The notes beneath the pieces were generated by a model. The model was not told the DNA's origin. It did not search any database and saw nothing but the letters and a program-made list of their open reading frames with translations. Both the position numbers and the translations under genes were made by a program. Of a stretch of 64,000 nt of DNA, positions 1 to 9,705 are shown piece after piece. Each line of letters starts with the position of its first letter. The stretch's first letter is position 1. Source of the stretch: Methyloceanibacter sp. (GTDB lineage Bacteria > Pseudomonadota > Alphaproteobacteria > Rhizobiales > Methyloligellaceae); assembly GCA_041500805.1 (NCBI GenBank), contig JBGQMX010000002.1:7640-71639 (forward strand), in the 5' to 3' direction.

Positions 1-315
1 GCGAGCCTGGCGCCCAAGGTCCAAGTCGTGAGGCCGGTTGACGAGATCGAGCCGCCCAAGGCGGGCAACGGAGCCAAGGCTCCTGCGACGCCGGCCGCTG
101 CACCCGCAATCGCTCAAGCCGCGGCGCCTGCGGCCAAGCCGGAGAAGATGGCGGGCACGCCGACGCTGATCACGCCCATCAAAGCCACCTCAGCTCAGGT
201 TCAAGCCGCGACGCAAGCTCAGGCCGCCAAGAGCGGCACGACCGACAAGGCCAAGACGATCCAAGCGGCCGCGCCCGCGGGCGCTGCGGGCCTCCTCAGA
301 ACCGACACCGACTAG
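1..315 (+). CDS. 3' end of a gene entering from the left edge; Ala/Pro/Lys/Gln low-complexity tail, product unknown
   Basis: Frame is open from base 1 (ASLAPKVQVVRPVDEIEPPK...) to TAG at 313-315 and is followed by a hairpin; convergent with tadC. Confidence 0.55.
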   Translation, partial: ASLAPKVQVVRPVDEIEPPKAGNGAKAPATPAAAPAIAQAAAPAAKPEKMAGTPTLITPIKATSAQVQAATQAQAAKSGTTDKAKTIQAAAPAGAAGLLRTDTD

Positions 316-316
316 C

Positions 317-376
317 CAGACGTCAGACGCCAGAATGGCAGAGGCGCCGTTGCGGCCTCTGCTTTCCGACGTCTGG
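317..376. terminator. Hairpin between convergent genes, probable terminator
   Basis: GCAGAGGC(338-345)/GCCTCTGC(355-362) stem followed by TTT, nested in outer CCAGACGTC(317-325)/GACGTCTGG(368-376) arms. Confidence 0.6.
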
Positions 377-413
377 GTTCTGGACTCCAGCGCCCGACAT
401 CCGGCTTCCTACT

Positions 414-1388
414 CTAGCCGCCGCGGATGGCCATGACCTGGATGTAGGCCGGCCCAAGGATCACGATGAACAGAACCGGCAGGAAGAACAAGATCATCGG
501 CACGGTGAGCTTCGGCGGCAGCGAGGCCGCCTTCTTCTCAGCCTCGGCCATGCGCATCTCGCGGCTTTCCTTGGCGAGGACGCGCAAGGCCTGGCCGATC
601 GCCGTGCCGTAGCGCTCGGCCTGGATCAGGCTCATGCCGACCGCCCGCACCACGGGAAGGCCGGTGCGCTTGCCGAAATTCTCATAGGCCTGGCGCCGCT
701 CCTGCAGATAGGAGAGCTCGGCCGTGGTGAGGCTGAACTCCTCGGCGAGCTCGAGCGAGCGGCTGCCGATCTCGGTCGCCACCTTGTTCATGGCCGATTC
801 GATCGACATGCCGGCCTGGACGCAGATCAGCAGCAGGTCGAGGGAGTCGGGGAACACGCGCTTGATCGACTTCTGGCGGCGCTGGATGAGATTGGAGATG
901 AAGATGTTGGGCAGGTAGAAGCCGAAATAGGCCCCGCCGATGGATAGGCCGAGGCGCACGAACGGCGCGAGATGCTGGTCGTTGACGAAGAAGAGATAGA
1001 AGAAGACCAGCCCGAACGTGGCGATCGGCAGGGTGGCGCGGAAGAAGAGGAAGGCCACGACCGGAGCCTGACCGCGCAAGCCCGCCATCTTCAGCCGCTC
1101 GCGCGTGCCTTCGGTCTCGAGCGCCTTGCGCAGATTGAGCTGCTCGACGACCCGCTTCATGAAGCTCTTGGGGTCCTTGCGGAGCCGGCGCTGGTCCTCG
1201 GCAAGGAGCGCAAGGCGCTCGGCGCGCAGGCGCTCCCGCTCGGTCGACACATACTTCATCCGCGCGTCGAGCCGGTCGCCCGACAGAAGCGGCAGCACGA
1301 AGGAGGTGACCGTGGCAAAGGCCGCGACCGCCGCGAGCACCATGACGACGAATTGAGGGTCGAGGATATAGCGCATCAGAGATTGCAT
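414..1388 (-). CDS. tadC: Tad pilus inner-membrane platform protein TadC (T2SSF family)
   Basis: FPDSLDLLLICVQAGMS, AERYGT and AEKKAASLPPKLTVPMILFFLP motifs; start moved to ATG 1388 (MQSLMRY), just after the tadB stop. Confidence 0.93.
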   Translation of the reverse strand: MQSLMRYILDPQFVVMVLAAVAAFATVTSFVLPLLSGDRLDARMKYVSTERERLRAERLALLAEDQRRLRKDPKSFMKRVVEQLNLRKALETEGTRERLKMAGLRGQAPVVAFLFFRATLPIATFGLVFFYLFFVNDQHLAPFVRLGLSIGGAYFGFYLPNIFISNLIQRRQKSIKRVFPDSLDLLLICVQAGMSIESAMNKVATEIGSRSLELAEEFSLTTAELSYLQERRQAYENFGKRTGLPVVRAVGMSLIQAERYGTAIGQALRVLAKESREMRMAEAEKKAASLPPKLTVPMILFFLPVLFIVILGPAYIQVMAIRGG

Positions 1389-1396
1389 GCTCGGGC

Positions 1397-2389
1397 CTAG
1401 TAGTCGAAGTTGATCATCTTGCGCATGACGAGAACGCCGAGAAGCATCCACACCGCGCTCGCCATCAGCATCACATTGCCGAGCTTCTCGTTGAACAGGA
1501 GCGAGATGTAGTCGGGCGACGTGAGATAGACGAGCAGCATGACGCAAGGCGGGAGCGAGCCGATAATCATGGCCGAGGCCTTGGCCTCGGCGCTGAACGC
1601 CCGGACCTTGGCCTGCAAGCGGTAGCGGTCGCGCAGCACCTGGGAGAGATTGCCCAGCGCCTCGGCGAGATTGCCGCCGGTCTGCGCCTGGATGGCGATG
1701 ACGATGGCGAAGAAGTTCACCTCCTGCAACGGCATGCGCTCATACATGCGCTCGAAGGCGCGCGACAACGGCACCCCGACCTTCTGCTGCTCGACGAGAT
1801 CGACGAACTCGCTGCGCACCGGCTCGGGCGTCTCCATGGCGATGATCTGGAGGCAATCGGTGAGCGGGAGGCCCGATTTGACGCCGCGCACGATGATGTC
1901 GATGGCATTGGCGAACTCGATGAGGAACTTGGCTTGGCGGCGCTTAATCATGCGCGCGAGGACCCAGCGCGGCAGCCCGAACCCGCAGGCGAAGGCGGCC
2001 AGCAGCGACACAATCGGCGAGGAGCCGGTGATGAGGACGATGAGCCCGCCGAGGCAACCGGCAGCCAGGCTCAACAGGTAATAGGTGCGCGGCTTGATGC
2101 CGAGGCCGGCGCGAATGAGCTTGGTGCGGAGCGACACCCGCTTGTGGGCCTTCTGCTTGGCCTCGATGTCCTTGATCGAGTCCTGCACCTGCTGCCGGCG
2201 CGTCTGCAAAGGCTGTTGCAGGGCCAGCCGCGTGCGCGACTTGGTTTGGCCAAGCGCCACGTTGGCGACGCGCTTACTCGCCTTGCGCTCGCCGCTCATG
2301 AACGGCATCACCAGCACATAGACGACCCCGCCGACGGCGAGGGCGGCCAGCATCATGGCTGCCAGCTGCACGAGCTCAGGGCTGGGCAA
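1397..2389 (-). CDS. tadB: Tad pilus platform protein TadB (T2SSF family)
   Basis: FANAIDIIVRGVKSGLPL, QTGGNLAEALGNLS and SAEAKASA motifs; TTG start at 2389 preceded by GGAGAG. Confidence 0.92.
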   Translation of the reverse strand: MPSPELVQLAAMMLAALAVGGVVYVLVMPFMSGERKASKRVANVALGQTKSRTRLALQQPLQTRRQQVQDSIKDIEAKQKAHKRVSLRTKLIRAGLGIKPRTYYLLSLAAGCLGGLIVLITGSSPIVSLLAAFACGFGLPRWVLARMIKRRQAKFLIEFANAIDIIVRGVKSGLPLTDCLQIIAMETPEPVRSEFVDLVEQQKVGVPLSRAFERMYERMPLQEVNFFAIVIAIQAQTGGNLAEALGNLSQVLRDRYRLQAKVRAFSAEAKASAMIIGSLPPCVMLLVYLTSPDYISLLFNEKLGNVMLMASAVWMLLGVLVMRKMINFDY

Positions 2390-3887
2390 ATCGCTCTCCC
2401 AAGGGGCGGCCGTGCTCGTCGAGCACCTCGCCCGCGGACAGAATCTCGGTGAGGCGCTTCTCTTCGCCGAAATAGCGCGCCTTATCCCAGAAATGCGGCC
2501 GGGCGATACCGGTCGTACGATGCCGCCCGGAGACGCGCCCGTTGGCGTCCTCGCCGTGGAGCTCGTAGATGAAGAGGTCCTGCAGGGTGACGACGTCGCC
2601 CTCAAGCCCGATGACCTCGGTGACATGGGTGATCTTGCGCGAGCCGTCGCGCATGCGCGACGCTTGGATGATGATATCAACCGAGGACACGATCATCTCG
2701 CGAATGGTCCTGGCAGGAAGGTTATAGCCGCCCATCAGGATCATGCTCTCCATACGGCTGATGCATTCGCGCGGGGAGTTGGAGTGGAGCGTGCCCATGG
2801 AACCGTCATGGCCCGTGTTCATGGCCTGCAGCAGGTCGAAGGCCTCCGGACCGCGTACTTCGCCGACGACGATGCGGTCGGGCCGCATGCGCAGGCAGTT
2901 CTTGACAAGGTCACGCATGGTGATCTCGCCATCCCCTTCGAGGTTGGGCGGGCGCGTCTCCAGGCGCACGACATGCGGCTGTTGCAGCTGCAACTCGGCG
3001 GAATCTTCGCAAGTAATGACGCGCTCGTCGTCGTCGATATAGGCTGTCAGGCAATTGAGCAGCGTGGTCTTACCCGAGCCCGTACCGCCGGAGATGATGA
3101 CATTGCAGCGGACCCGACCGATGATGGCGAGAAGGGTGCGACCTTCGGGCGTGATCGTGCCCAATTTGACGAGCTGATCGAGGGTCAGCCGGTCGCGCTT
3201 GAACTTGCGGATGGTGAGGGTCGGACCGTCGATGGCGAGCGGCGGGGCGATGACGTTGACGCGGCTGCCGTCGGGGAGGCGCGCGTCGCAGATCGGGCTC
3301 GATTCGTCGACCCGGCGGCCGACCTGGCTCACGATGCGCTGGCAGATATTCATCAGCTGGGCATTGTCGGCGAACCGCACATTGGTGGGCTCGACCTTGC
3401 CTTTGACCTCGATATAGACCGTGTCGCAGCCATTCACCATGATATCGGCAATCTCGTCGCGGGCGAGCAGCGGCTCGAGCGGCCCGTAGCCGAGAACGTC
3501 GTTGCAGATGTCCTCGAGCAGCTCCTCCTGCTCGGCGATCGACATCACCACGTTCTTGATGGCGACGATCTCGCTGACGATGTCGCGGATCTCCTCGCGG
3601 GCGGCATCGGGATCGAGCTTGGAGAGCTGGGTCAGGTCGATCGTATCGATGAGCGCGTTGAAGACCGTGGTCTTGACGTCGTAGTACTCCTCGGAGCGGG
3701 CGCGCTCGACCGGCTTGCGCTCGGACTTGGCTGGAACCTGTCCGCCCGGACGCGCTTCGGCTGCGGGCCGCGGCTCGGCGGCGGGGGTCTTTGCCGGAGA
3801 CCCAGGCGAGCGCTGAGGCTCCGGCGCCGGGGCCCGATCGGGCTGCGGTGCAGGGGACGACCCAGACGTGCTCCGTTTGCCGAACAT
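2376..3887 (-). CDS. cpaF: Tad pilus assembly ATPase CpaF/TadA
   Basis: Walker [10 protein letters not shown], Walker [22 protein letters not shown] His box; characteristic MFGKR N-terminus. Confidence 0.96.
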   Translation of the reverse strand: MFGKRSTSGSSPAPQPDRAPAPEPQRSPGSPAKTPAAEPRPAAEARPGGQVPAKSERKPVERARSEEYYDVKTTVFNALIDTIDLTQLSKLDPDAAREEIRDIVSEIVAIKNVVMSIAEQEELLEDICNDVLGYGPLEPLLARDEIADIMVNGCDTVYIEVKGKVEPTNVRFADNAQLMNICQRIVSQVGRRVDESSPICDARLPDGSRVNVIAPPLAIDGPTLTIRKFKRDRLTLDQLVKLGTITPEGRTLLAIIGRVRCNVIISGGTGSGKTTLLNCLTAYIDDDERVITCEDSAELQLQQPHVVRLETRPPNLEGDGEITMRDLVKNCLRMRPDRIVVGEVRGPEAFDLLQAMNTGHDGSMGTLHSNSPRECISRMESMILMGGYNLPARTIREMIVSSVDIIIQASRMRDGSRKITHVTEVIGLEGDVVTLQDLFIYELHGEDANGRVSGRHRTTGIARPHFWDKARYFGEEKRLTEILSAGEVLDEHGRPLGERFAQP

Positions 3888-3892
3888 GTGCT

Positions 3893-5200
3893 TTACGCGC
3901 GCGTCTTGGTCAGCCTAAGGCGGGCGAGGATTGGCGCCAGCACCGACTGGCGCTCGTTCTTCAGCTCGGATCGGTTGGTCAGCAAGTTGCCAAGGGTGCG
4001 GAAGGCTTCCGCGGCCTTCGACTTGTCCGACACCTCCTCGATCATTTGCCCGTTATTCGCCGCCGTGCCGAACAGCTGGGCGTCGAAGTCGATGACGACC
4101 TTGGGCTCGAGCTCGATGGCGTGGCCGAAGTCCTTCACCGAGATTTCGGGGCGCTTGGGCACGCCCACCTGGTTGAGCACGAGCAAGGGCGCCCGATCGT
4201 TCGGGCGCGAGCCTTTGAGCTGGTCGACCAGGTTCTTCGTGTTGCGCAAATTGGCGAGATCGGGCGCGGCGGTGATCACCACATAGTCGGCCCTGAGCAC
4301 GACCTGCTTCGCCCAGGCGGTCCACAGATGCGGCACGTCGACGGCGATCCACGGCACGTTCTCCCGCACCACGTCGAGGACGGTCTCGCACGAGGAAGGC
4401 TCAAGATCGTAGGGCCGGTCGAGCGTGCCGGGCGCGGCGAACAGGCTCAAATGATCGGAGCAGCGCGACAGGAGCCGGTCGAGCAGCACCTCGTCGAGGC
4501 GCTCGGGCGAGGCGAGCGCGTCGCCGATGCCCTGCAGCGGGTCTTGGTTGAAATCGAGGCCGGCCGTGCCGAACGGCAGGTCGAAATCGGCAATCACCAC
4601 GTCGCTCTTGACCGACGAGGCGATGGAAAACGCGGTGTTATGGCAGACGGTGCTTGAGCCGGAGCCCCCCTTGGCCCCGACAAAGGCGATGACCTGGCCG
4701 ACCGGGCCCGTCTCGGGATCGGTGTAGATGGCCGAGATGCTCTCGATGACCTGCAGCACCCTGACCGGGGCCACGATATATTCGCTGACGCCCCGGCGCA
4801 CCAGCTCGCGATAGAGCAGCACGTCGTTGATATGGCCGATGGCGACGACCTTGGTGCCGGGATCGCAGACCTCGGCGAGACGGTCGAGGTCGCGCAGCAA
4901 CTCCTCGCGGTCGAGCAGGGATTCGATGATGATCAGGTTGGGCGTCGAGGCATTCTTATAGAAGGCGACCGCCGCCTGCACCCCGCCCATCTGCACCGTG
5001 ACGTGGGCCTTGGCGAGGCGCCTGTCCTCCGACGCCTTCTGGATCACGGCCGCGGTATCCTGGTCCTCGCAAAAAGCCTGAATGTTGACGCGCGGGATGG
5101 GCCGCGCGCGCACAGCCTCGTGCGGCGCCTCTGGCGGCCGGTCGAAGGCTTGATCGCTCTCGGCCGCAGAGCTCAGCGAATATGCGGCGTCGCCGATCAC
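3893..5200 (-). CDS. cpaE: Pilus localization protein CpaE/TadZ (receiver-like plus MinD/ParA-like domain)
   Basis: GAKGGSGSST deviant Walker A and DFDLPFGTAGLDFN; GTG start at 5200 overlaps the cpaD stop (GTGA) with GAGG upstream. Confidence 0.92.
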   Translation of the reverse strand: MIGDAAYSLSSAAESDQAFDRPPEAPHEAVRARPIPRVNIQAFCEDQDTAAVIQKASEDRRLAKAHVTVQMGGVQAAVAFYKNASTPNLIIIESLLDREELLRDLDRLAEVCDPGTKVVAIGHINDVLLYRELVRRGVSEYIVAPVRVLQVIESISAIYTDPETGPVGQVIAFVGAKGGSGSSTVCHNTAFSIASSVKSDVVIADFDLPFGTAGLDFNQDPLQGIGDALASPERLDEVLLDRLLSRCSDHLSLFAAPGTLDRPYDLEPSSCETVLDVVRENVPWIAVDVPHLWTAWAKQVVLRADYVVITAAPDLANLRNTKNLVDQLKGSRPNDRAPLLVLNQVGVPKRPEISVKDFGHAIELEPKVVIDFDAQLFGTAANNGQMIEEVSDKSKAAEAFRTLGNLLTNRSELKNERQSVLAPILARLRLTKTRA

Positions 5201-5946
5201 TGGCTGCCTCCGATCTGGCTGATCTCGCTCGCGTTGGCATGCTCCGACTTGTCGCGCTTGGAGATGGTCGGTTCGCCCTTCACATACTTGTCCCACACCA
5301 CGTCGCGGCGCTCGCCAGGACGCGGCGTCTCGCCACGCGGCTCGATCAGGTCCTGCGGATTGGCGACCACGACGGCGAGATTGCGCTGGGTGGCGCAGCC
5401 CATGTTGGGCCAGGGCATGTTCTGGGGGTCGCGCGAGATATTCTCGGACCAGTCCGGGCAATCGGGGGGCACGGCGACATATTGGAGATAAGAGATCCTG
5501 AGCGGCGCGGCAGGATCCCCGCTGGCGAAATAGGGCTCGAGCGTCACCGCAGCCGGGTCGATGCCCGCCCGGCGCATGGCTTTGCGCACCTCGTCATAGG
5601 CGCGCATGGCCGCCCTCTCATTGGCGCCGCCGGAGGGCGCCTTGATCAGCAGCCTGTCTGTGCTTTGCGCCTTGTAGTCCCGAAGGAAGCCATAGAGCTG
5701 GCCCTTCTGCGAGGGGTTGAGCCCCGAGGCGCCGCGATAGACGGCAAGGTCGAGGGTCGCCTCGCCCTGCCTCACGGCAATCGGATGCCGCTCATTCGGA
5801 TTGGCGAGCGTGAAGGGGGCCTGAAATCTTGGGCTGCCCTTCAAGCAACCGCCGACCGAGGTTCCGGCCATGAGAACGGCAAGGAGCGTGAGAGCGGACC
5901 GTGCGGCGCGAGCGAGGACGCGCGACCCTTGAAGCGCTGATGCCAT
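5197..5946 (-). CDS. cpaD: Pilus assembly protein CpaD (probable lipoprotein)
   Basis: Hydrophobic leader ending VGGC; ERHPIAV and NMGCATQRNLAVVVANPQDL motifs; sits between cpaC and cpaE. Confidence 0.9.
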   Translation of the reverse strand: MASALQGSRVLARAARSALTLLAVLMAGTSVGGCLKGSPRFQAPFTLANPNERHPIAVRQGEATLDLAVYRGASGLNPSQKGQLYGFLRDYKAQSTDRLLIKAPSGGANERAAMRAYDEVRKAMRRAGIDPAAVTLEPYFASGDPAAPLRISYLQYVAVPPDCPDWSENISRDPQNMPWPNMGCATQRNLAVVVANPQDLIEPRGETPRPGERRDVVWDKYVKGEPTISKRDKSEHANASEISQIGGSQ

Positions 5947-5961
5947 GATGCTGCTCTCCCC

Positions 5962-7584
5962 CTACTCGACAATAAAGCCAACGTCGCCATCGAAGCGGCC
6001 AACCGGGGCACGCTCAGGATCGCGCCCGTAAATGCGGTTCATTTGCCCGAGCAAGTCCGAGTTCACGTCGGACGCCCAGCCAAAGCCGTCGTCGGGCTGC
6101 GCGAGCTTCGAGCGGGCGACGGGCTTCACGATATAGGGCGTGACGAGCACGACGAGCTCGGTCTCGTTCTTCAGGTAGTCGCGGCTGCGGAACAGCGCGC
6201 CAAGGACCGGGAGGTTCTTCAGTCCCGGATAACCACTCAGGGCCTGCTTCGACTGATCCGACAGCAGCCCGGCCATGACCAGGGAGCCGCCGCTCGGCAG
6301 CTCGACCACGGTCTCGGCGCGGCGCACCTTAAGGGCTGGGATGGCGATATTCGAGAGGATCACCGCACCCTGATTGCTGAGCTCGCTGACTTCCGTCGAG
6401 ACCTTCAGACTGATGCGGCCCTCCGACATGACGACCGGCGTGAAAGCAAGGCCGATGCCGAATTTCTTGAACTCCACGGAGATGGTGCCGAGCTGCTGGG
6501 CGACCGGGATTGGGAACTCGCCGCCAGCCAGGAAATTGGCCGTCTCGCCGGAGATCGCGGTGAGATTCGGCTCGGCCAGCGTGTGCAGCAGGCCATCCTC
6601 TTCAAGCGCCCGCAGCACGGACTGCACGCGGCTTCCGCCGCTCTGCCATTGACCGCCAAAACCCGCCGTGTTGCCCACGGTTGGATTAAGCGGTGCTCCG
6701 GGAACGGCCGGGAAACCTGCGTCGCTCCCTGCCAGGCCGGCGCCCGACAGAAATGGAGCAAGCACGCCTTTGCCGGCGACGTTGATCGGGAAGGGAAGAT
6801 CGCTGAGCGCGGCGAAGGCGAAACTGCCGGAGCTGACCAGCGCATTGAGGTCAACGCCGAGCTGCTTGACGATGTTGCGCTCCATCTCGACCACGGAGAC
6901 CTTGAGCAGCACCTGCTCGCGGCCCTCCACGGTGAGCATGTTGATGACATTGCTCGGTCCGCCGCCGCCGCCGCTGCCACTGCCCGAGTTGGTGCCGGCG
7001 CTGGAGGAGCTGCTATTGTTGATGGTGACGGCGGCGCCTCCGGCGGCGGCCGTGTTGCCGCCATTGCCGCTCTCGCCCAAGAAGCTCATGACGACCTCGG
7101 AGGCGCGCGTGGAATCGAGAGGGCTCGTGACGGTACCCGAGAGCACGACCCGGTCGCCAACCGTCTGCACCTGAATGTGGGAGCCCGGGAGGAGGCGGTT
7201 GAGGAGATCGCCGACAGCTGCGAGGTCGCGCTCGATGGTGACCTCCAGCGTCACCACCGGCCGGCCGTCCTTATCGGTGAACAGGATGTTGGCTTCTCCC
7301 GTCGCCTTGCCGATCAAATAGGCCCGCGTCGCGGTCTGCAGCACAGCATCGATCTGCCCAGGATTGGAGACCATCACCTCGCGCACCTCGCGCGGCAGCT
7401 CGACGATCATCGACTTGTTCAAGCCGAGCGTGATCTGACGCGTCGTCCCGCTCTCGCCGATGCGCAGGAAGGAGCGATGCTCCAGGTCCCCCGCCTCGAC
7501 CGGCGCGACGGCGCCACCAAGGACGAGGCAAGCGGCGGCAAGCGCGACGAGAGCGGCTAGGCGGTTGAAGGGAGAGCGACGCAT
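5962..7584 (-). CDS. cpaC: Tad secretin CpaC/RcpA
   Basis: Signal peptide, pilus-N domain (LGLNKSMIVELP), BON-like region, secretin motifs LAEPNLTAISGETANFLAGGEFP and ETELVVLVTPYIV; start at ATG 7584. Confidence 0.95.
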   Translation of the reverse strand: MRRSPFNRLAALVALAAACLVLGGAVAPVEAGDLEHRSFLRIGESGTTRQITLGLNKSMIVELPREVREVMVSNPGQIDAVLQTATRAYLIGKATGEANILFTDKDGRPVVTLEVTIERDLAAVGDLLNRLLPGSHIQVQTVGDRVVLSGTVTSPLDSTRASEVVMSFLGESGNGGNTAAAGGAAVTINNSSSSSAGTNSGSGSGGGGGPSNVINMLTVEGREQVLLKVSVVEMERNIVKQLGVDLNALVSSGSFAFAALSDLPFPINVAGKGVLAPFLSGAGLAGSDAGFPAVPGAPLNPTVGNTAGFGGQWQSGGSRVQSVLRALEEDGLLHTLAEPNLTAISGETANFLAGGEFPIPVAQQLGTISVEFKKFGIGLAFTPVVMSEGRISLKVSTEVSELSNQGAVILSNIAIPALKVRRAETVVELPSGGSLVMAGLLSDQSKQALSGYPGLKNLPVLGALFRSRDYLKNETELVVLVTPYIVKPVARSKLAQPDDGFGWASDVNSDLLGQMNRIYGRDPERAPVGRFDGDVGFIVE

Positions 7585-7628
7585 CCGGTTGCCTTTTCGT
7601 TGATCGAGCCTGCCACGCACCCGCCTCG

Positions 7629-8420
7629 TCAGTTGATGCCGAAGGCGCGGGAGGGCACGCCGTATTTCAGGAACTTGACCGAGTTGCTGTTGCCGTCGCC
7701 GATCTTGGCGGCCGTCTCTGCCCCCGCGGGAGTCGCGTCGGCGAGACTGCGCAAGGAGAGCGAGATGTCGCCCATCGACTGCGCCAGAGTGAGGATCTCG
7801 GTTTGTCGCGGGGTGAGCTCGAGGGTCGCCGTCTTGCCGGTCGCGATCTTGTCGCCATCCTTGTTCTCAAGCGTCTGGCCAATGGCGAGCACGCGGACAT
7901 TGCGCAGCACCGCCTCGCTCACGGGCTCCTCCTTGGAGCCGACCCGTATCTTGTGCGACAAGATGACGTCGACGCGATCGTTGGGCAGGATGAAGCCGCC
8001 GGCCGAGGTCTCCTCGCGGATCGGCGTGGAGATGGCCCGCATGCCCGCCGGCAGGATGGCGGCCATGACGCCGCCCTCGCTCACCTTGATGAGCTTCTGC
8101 TCCTTGATCGGCTCGCCGGCGATGAAGGGCGCGCGCGCCACCGCGCCGGACAGCTTGGTGGGCGCATCGGGCTGGGCATCGCGCGTGATGAGACCGGGAG
8201 TGACGCCCGCGACCGGCCATTCCTGCCATTTGAGATCGTCGGCTCTAACCGAGTCGCCGAGATTGATGGCGGTCGCGGCGACCAGCACGTCGGTGGCGCC
8301 CACGGTCTTCTCAACCTGCTGCACCTCCCGCGGGCCGCCGACGATCTTCTTGGCAATCCAAGCTGCGCCTATAGCTGCGGTGAGGGCGATGGCGAGAACG
8401 ATGACTCTGGCTCTCTTCAT
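7629..8420 (-). CDS. cpaB: Flp pilus assembly protein CpaB/RcpC
   Basis: N-terminal TM, SAF-like domain, GMRAISTPI...AGGFILPNDRVDVIL and VLRNVRVLAIGQ motifs. Confidence 0.94.
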   Translation of the reverse strand: MKRARVIVLAIALTAAIGAAWIAKKIVGGPREVQQVEKTVGATDVLVAATAINLGDSVRADDLKWQEWPVAGVTPGLITRDAQPDAPTKLSGAVARAPFIAGEPIKEQKLIKVSEGGVMAAILPAGMRAISTPIREETSAGGFILPNDRVDVILSHKIRVGSKEEPVSEAVLRNVRVLAIGQTLENKDGDKIATGKTATLELTPRQTEILTLAQSMGDISLSLRSLADATPAGAETAAKIGDGNSNSVKFLKYGVPSRAFGIN

Positions 8421-8484
8421 GACAGACTCTCTCTTTCGAACGCCCCACGTCCCGCGACGAAGGGTTCACTGTGACTTCGAAATC

Positions 8485-8499
8485 TCAACGCTAAGTTAA
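8485..8499 (-). promoter_or_regulatory. CtrA-like box upstream of cpaB
   Basis: Minus strand TTAA-cttagcg-TTGA; one mismatch to TTAA-N7-TTAA. Confidence 0.55.
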
Positions 8500-8600
8500 T
8501 GGCCGTGCCAAATTGGCCGGCGAAGGCCGGCGGCAAAAAGCCGTGAGGCGCGGCGGCTTAGATGCCCCGCGTCAACCTGCGCACGAAGAAGGGAAGAGGT

Positions 8601-9107
8601 TCAGCCGCCGAGCGCGGCCATAAAGGGCGTGTCGGGATAGACGAGCAATCCGGCCGCGGCGAGCGCAATGCCGTAGGGCACGCCCTCCTTCGGATCGTGC
8701 AGGCGGACGAGCCAGCCCTCCGAGGTGAGCATCGCCGGGAGCGGCACCCTGCGGTAGAACAGGAGCGCCAGGGTCAGCACGCCGCCGATCAAAGCGGTGA
8801 ACAGGCTATAGGTGAGGAGCGCCGCGGGGCCGATCCAGAGACAGGTGGCGGCGAACAGCTTGGCGTCGCCGCCGCCGATCCACCCAAAGGAGAAGAAGGT
8901 AAAGGTCACGATGAGCGCCGCGATCGCGAGCGCGGCGTGAAGGCCGATCTCGGACCAGCCGAGGCCCACCAAGGGTGCGGCCACAAGAAAGCCGGCAACG
9001 AGCACCAGCGCGATCCGGTTCGGCACCGTCATGGTGAAGAGGTCGGTGGCCGCCGCCAAGGCCATGGCGCCGGGAAAGAAGGTGAGCAGGAGGAGGTCCT
9101 TGACCAT
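8601..9107 (-). CDS. cpaA: Prepilin peptidase CpaA/TadV (A24 family)
   Basis: Aspartate motifs ATDLFTM and GGGDAKL; GVPYGIAL C-terminus; start at ATG 9107. Confidence 0.93.
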   Translation of the reverse strand: MVKDLLLLTFFPGAMALAAATDLFTMTVPNRIALVLVAGFLVAAPLVGLGWSEIGLHAALAIAALIVTFTFFSFGWIGGGDAKLFAATCLWIGPAALLTYSLFTALIGGVLTLALLFYRRVPLPAMLTSEGWLVRLHDPKEGVPYGIALAAAGLLVYPDTPFMAALGG

Positions 9108-9162
9108 GTGCTTTGTTGAGCCCTGACCGTTCGTTTGCGCGTGGAGTGTCGCCGCCAAGCCC

Positions 9163-9177
9163 TGAAGGCCACGTTAA
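9163..9177 (-). promoter_or_regulatory. CtrA-like box upstream of cpaA
   Basis: Minus strand TTAA-cgtggcc-TTCA. Confidence 0.5.
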
Positions 9178-9223
9178 TTGGCGCTTGCCGCGTGGGTCGC
9201 AGTGCGAGCTCGGGCGATGGCGC

Positions 9224-9403
9224 CTATCGGCCACTCATGTCGGCCGCGAGCCTTTCCAGCAGGCCGCCGAGCTGGGTCCCGTTCTGGTCAACGACCTGAA
9301 CGATTGCCAAGCCGATGGCGGTGGCGAGGATCCCGTATTCGGTCGCCGTCGCGCCGGTATCGTCGGCGGCAAATCGCCCAATCTGTGCAAGTAGCGTCTT
9401 CAT
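9224..9403 (-). CDS. flp: Flp family type IVb/IVc pilin, divergent sequence
   Basis: 59 aa; leader ending DDTG followed by ATATEYG (E5/Y6 Flp motif); GGGG RBS; directly upstream of cpaA. Confidence 0.85.
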   Translation of the reverse strand: MKTLLAQIGRFAADDTGATATEYGILATAIGLAIVQVVDQNGTQLGGLLERLAADMSGR

Positions 9404-9503
9404 TTCCGCATCCCCTTTGCTCTGGGTGCTCATCACCCTGCCGGCTGCCGGTTCTTGGTCTTTTTTGGCAGTCCTAACGTGCTCCGAGACTAGGGAGGGC
9501 GCG

Positions 9504-9518
9504 TTACATGCAAGTTAA
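9504..9518 (-). promoter_or_regulatory. CtrA-like box upstream of flp
   Basis: Minus strand TTAA-cttgcat-GTAA. Confidence 0.55.
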
Positions 9519-9705
9519 GCCAAATAGACAGGTTCGGCTTATGCTTGCCGAAGCGTATATGGCGCACCCGAAACGACTTCGCGGAATGACGGGCCGCCTC
9601 AGCTTCGCACGACGCTACCGTCCCGCGTCGGTTCAGGCATTTGCCAATCCTTCACCTTTTCCGCGTCTCATGGACCGAACGCAAGCGTAAGGGGACATCG
9701 CGCAC

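Noticed and set aside
8496-8514. TGGCACG-gcca-TTAA on the minus strand, resembling a sigma54 promoter
   Set aside because: The invariant GC at -12 is replaced by AA; the TTAA is better explained as the CtrA half-site.
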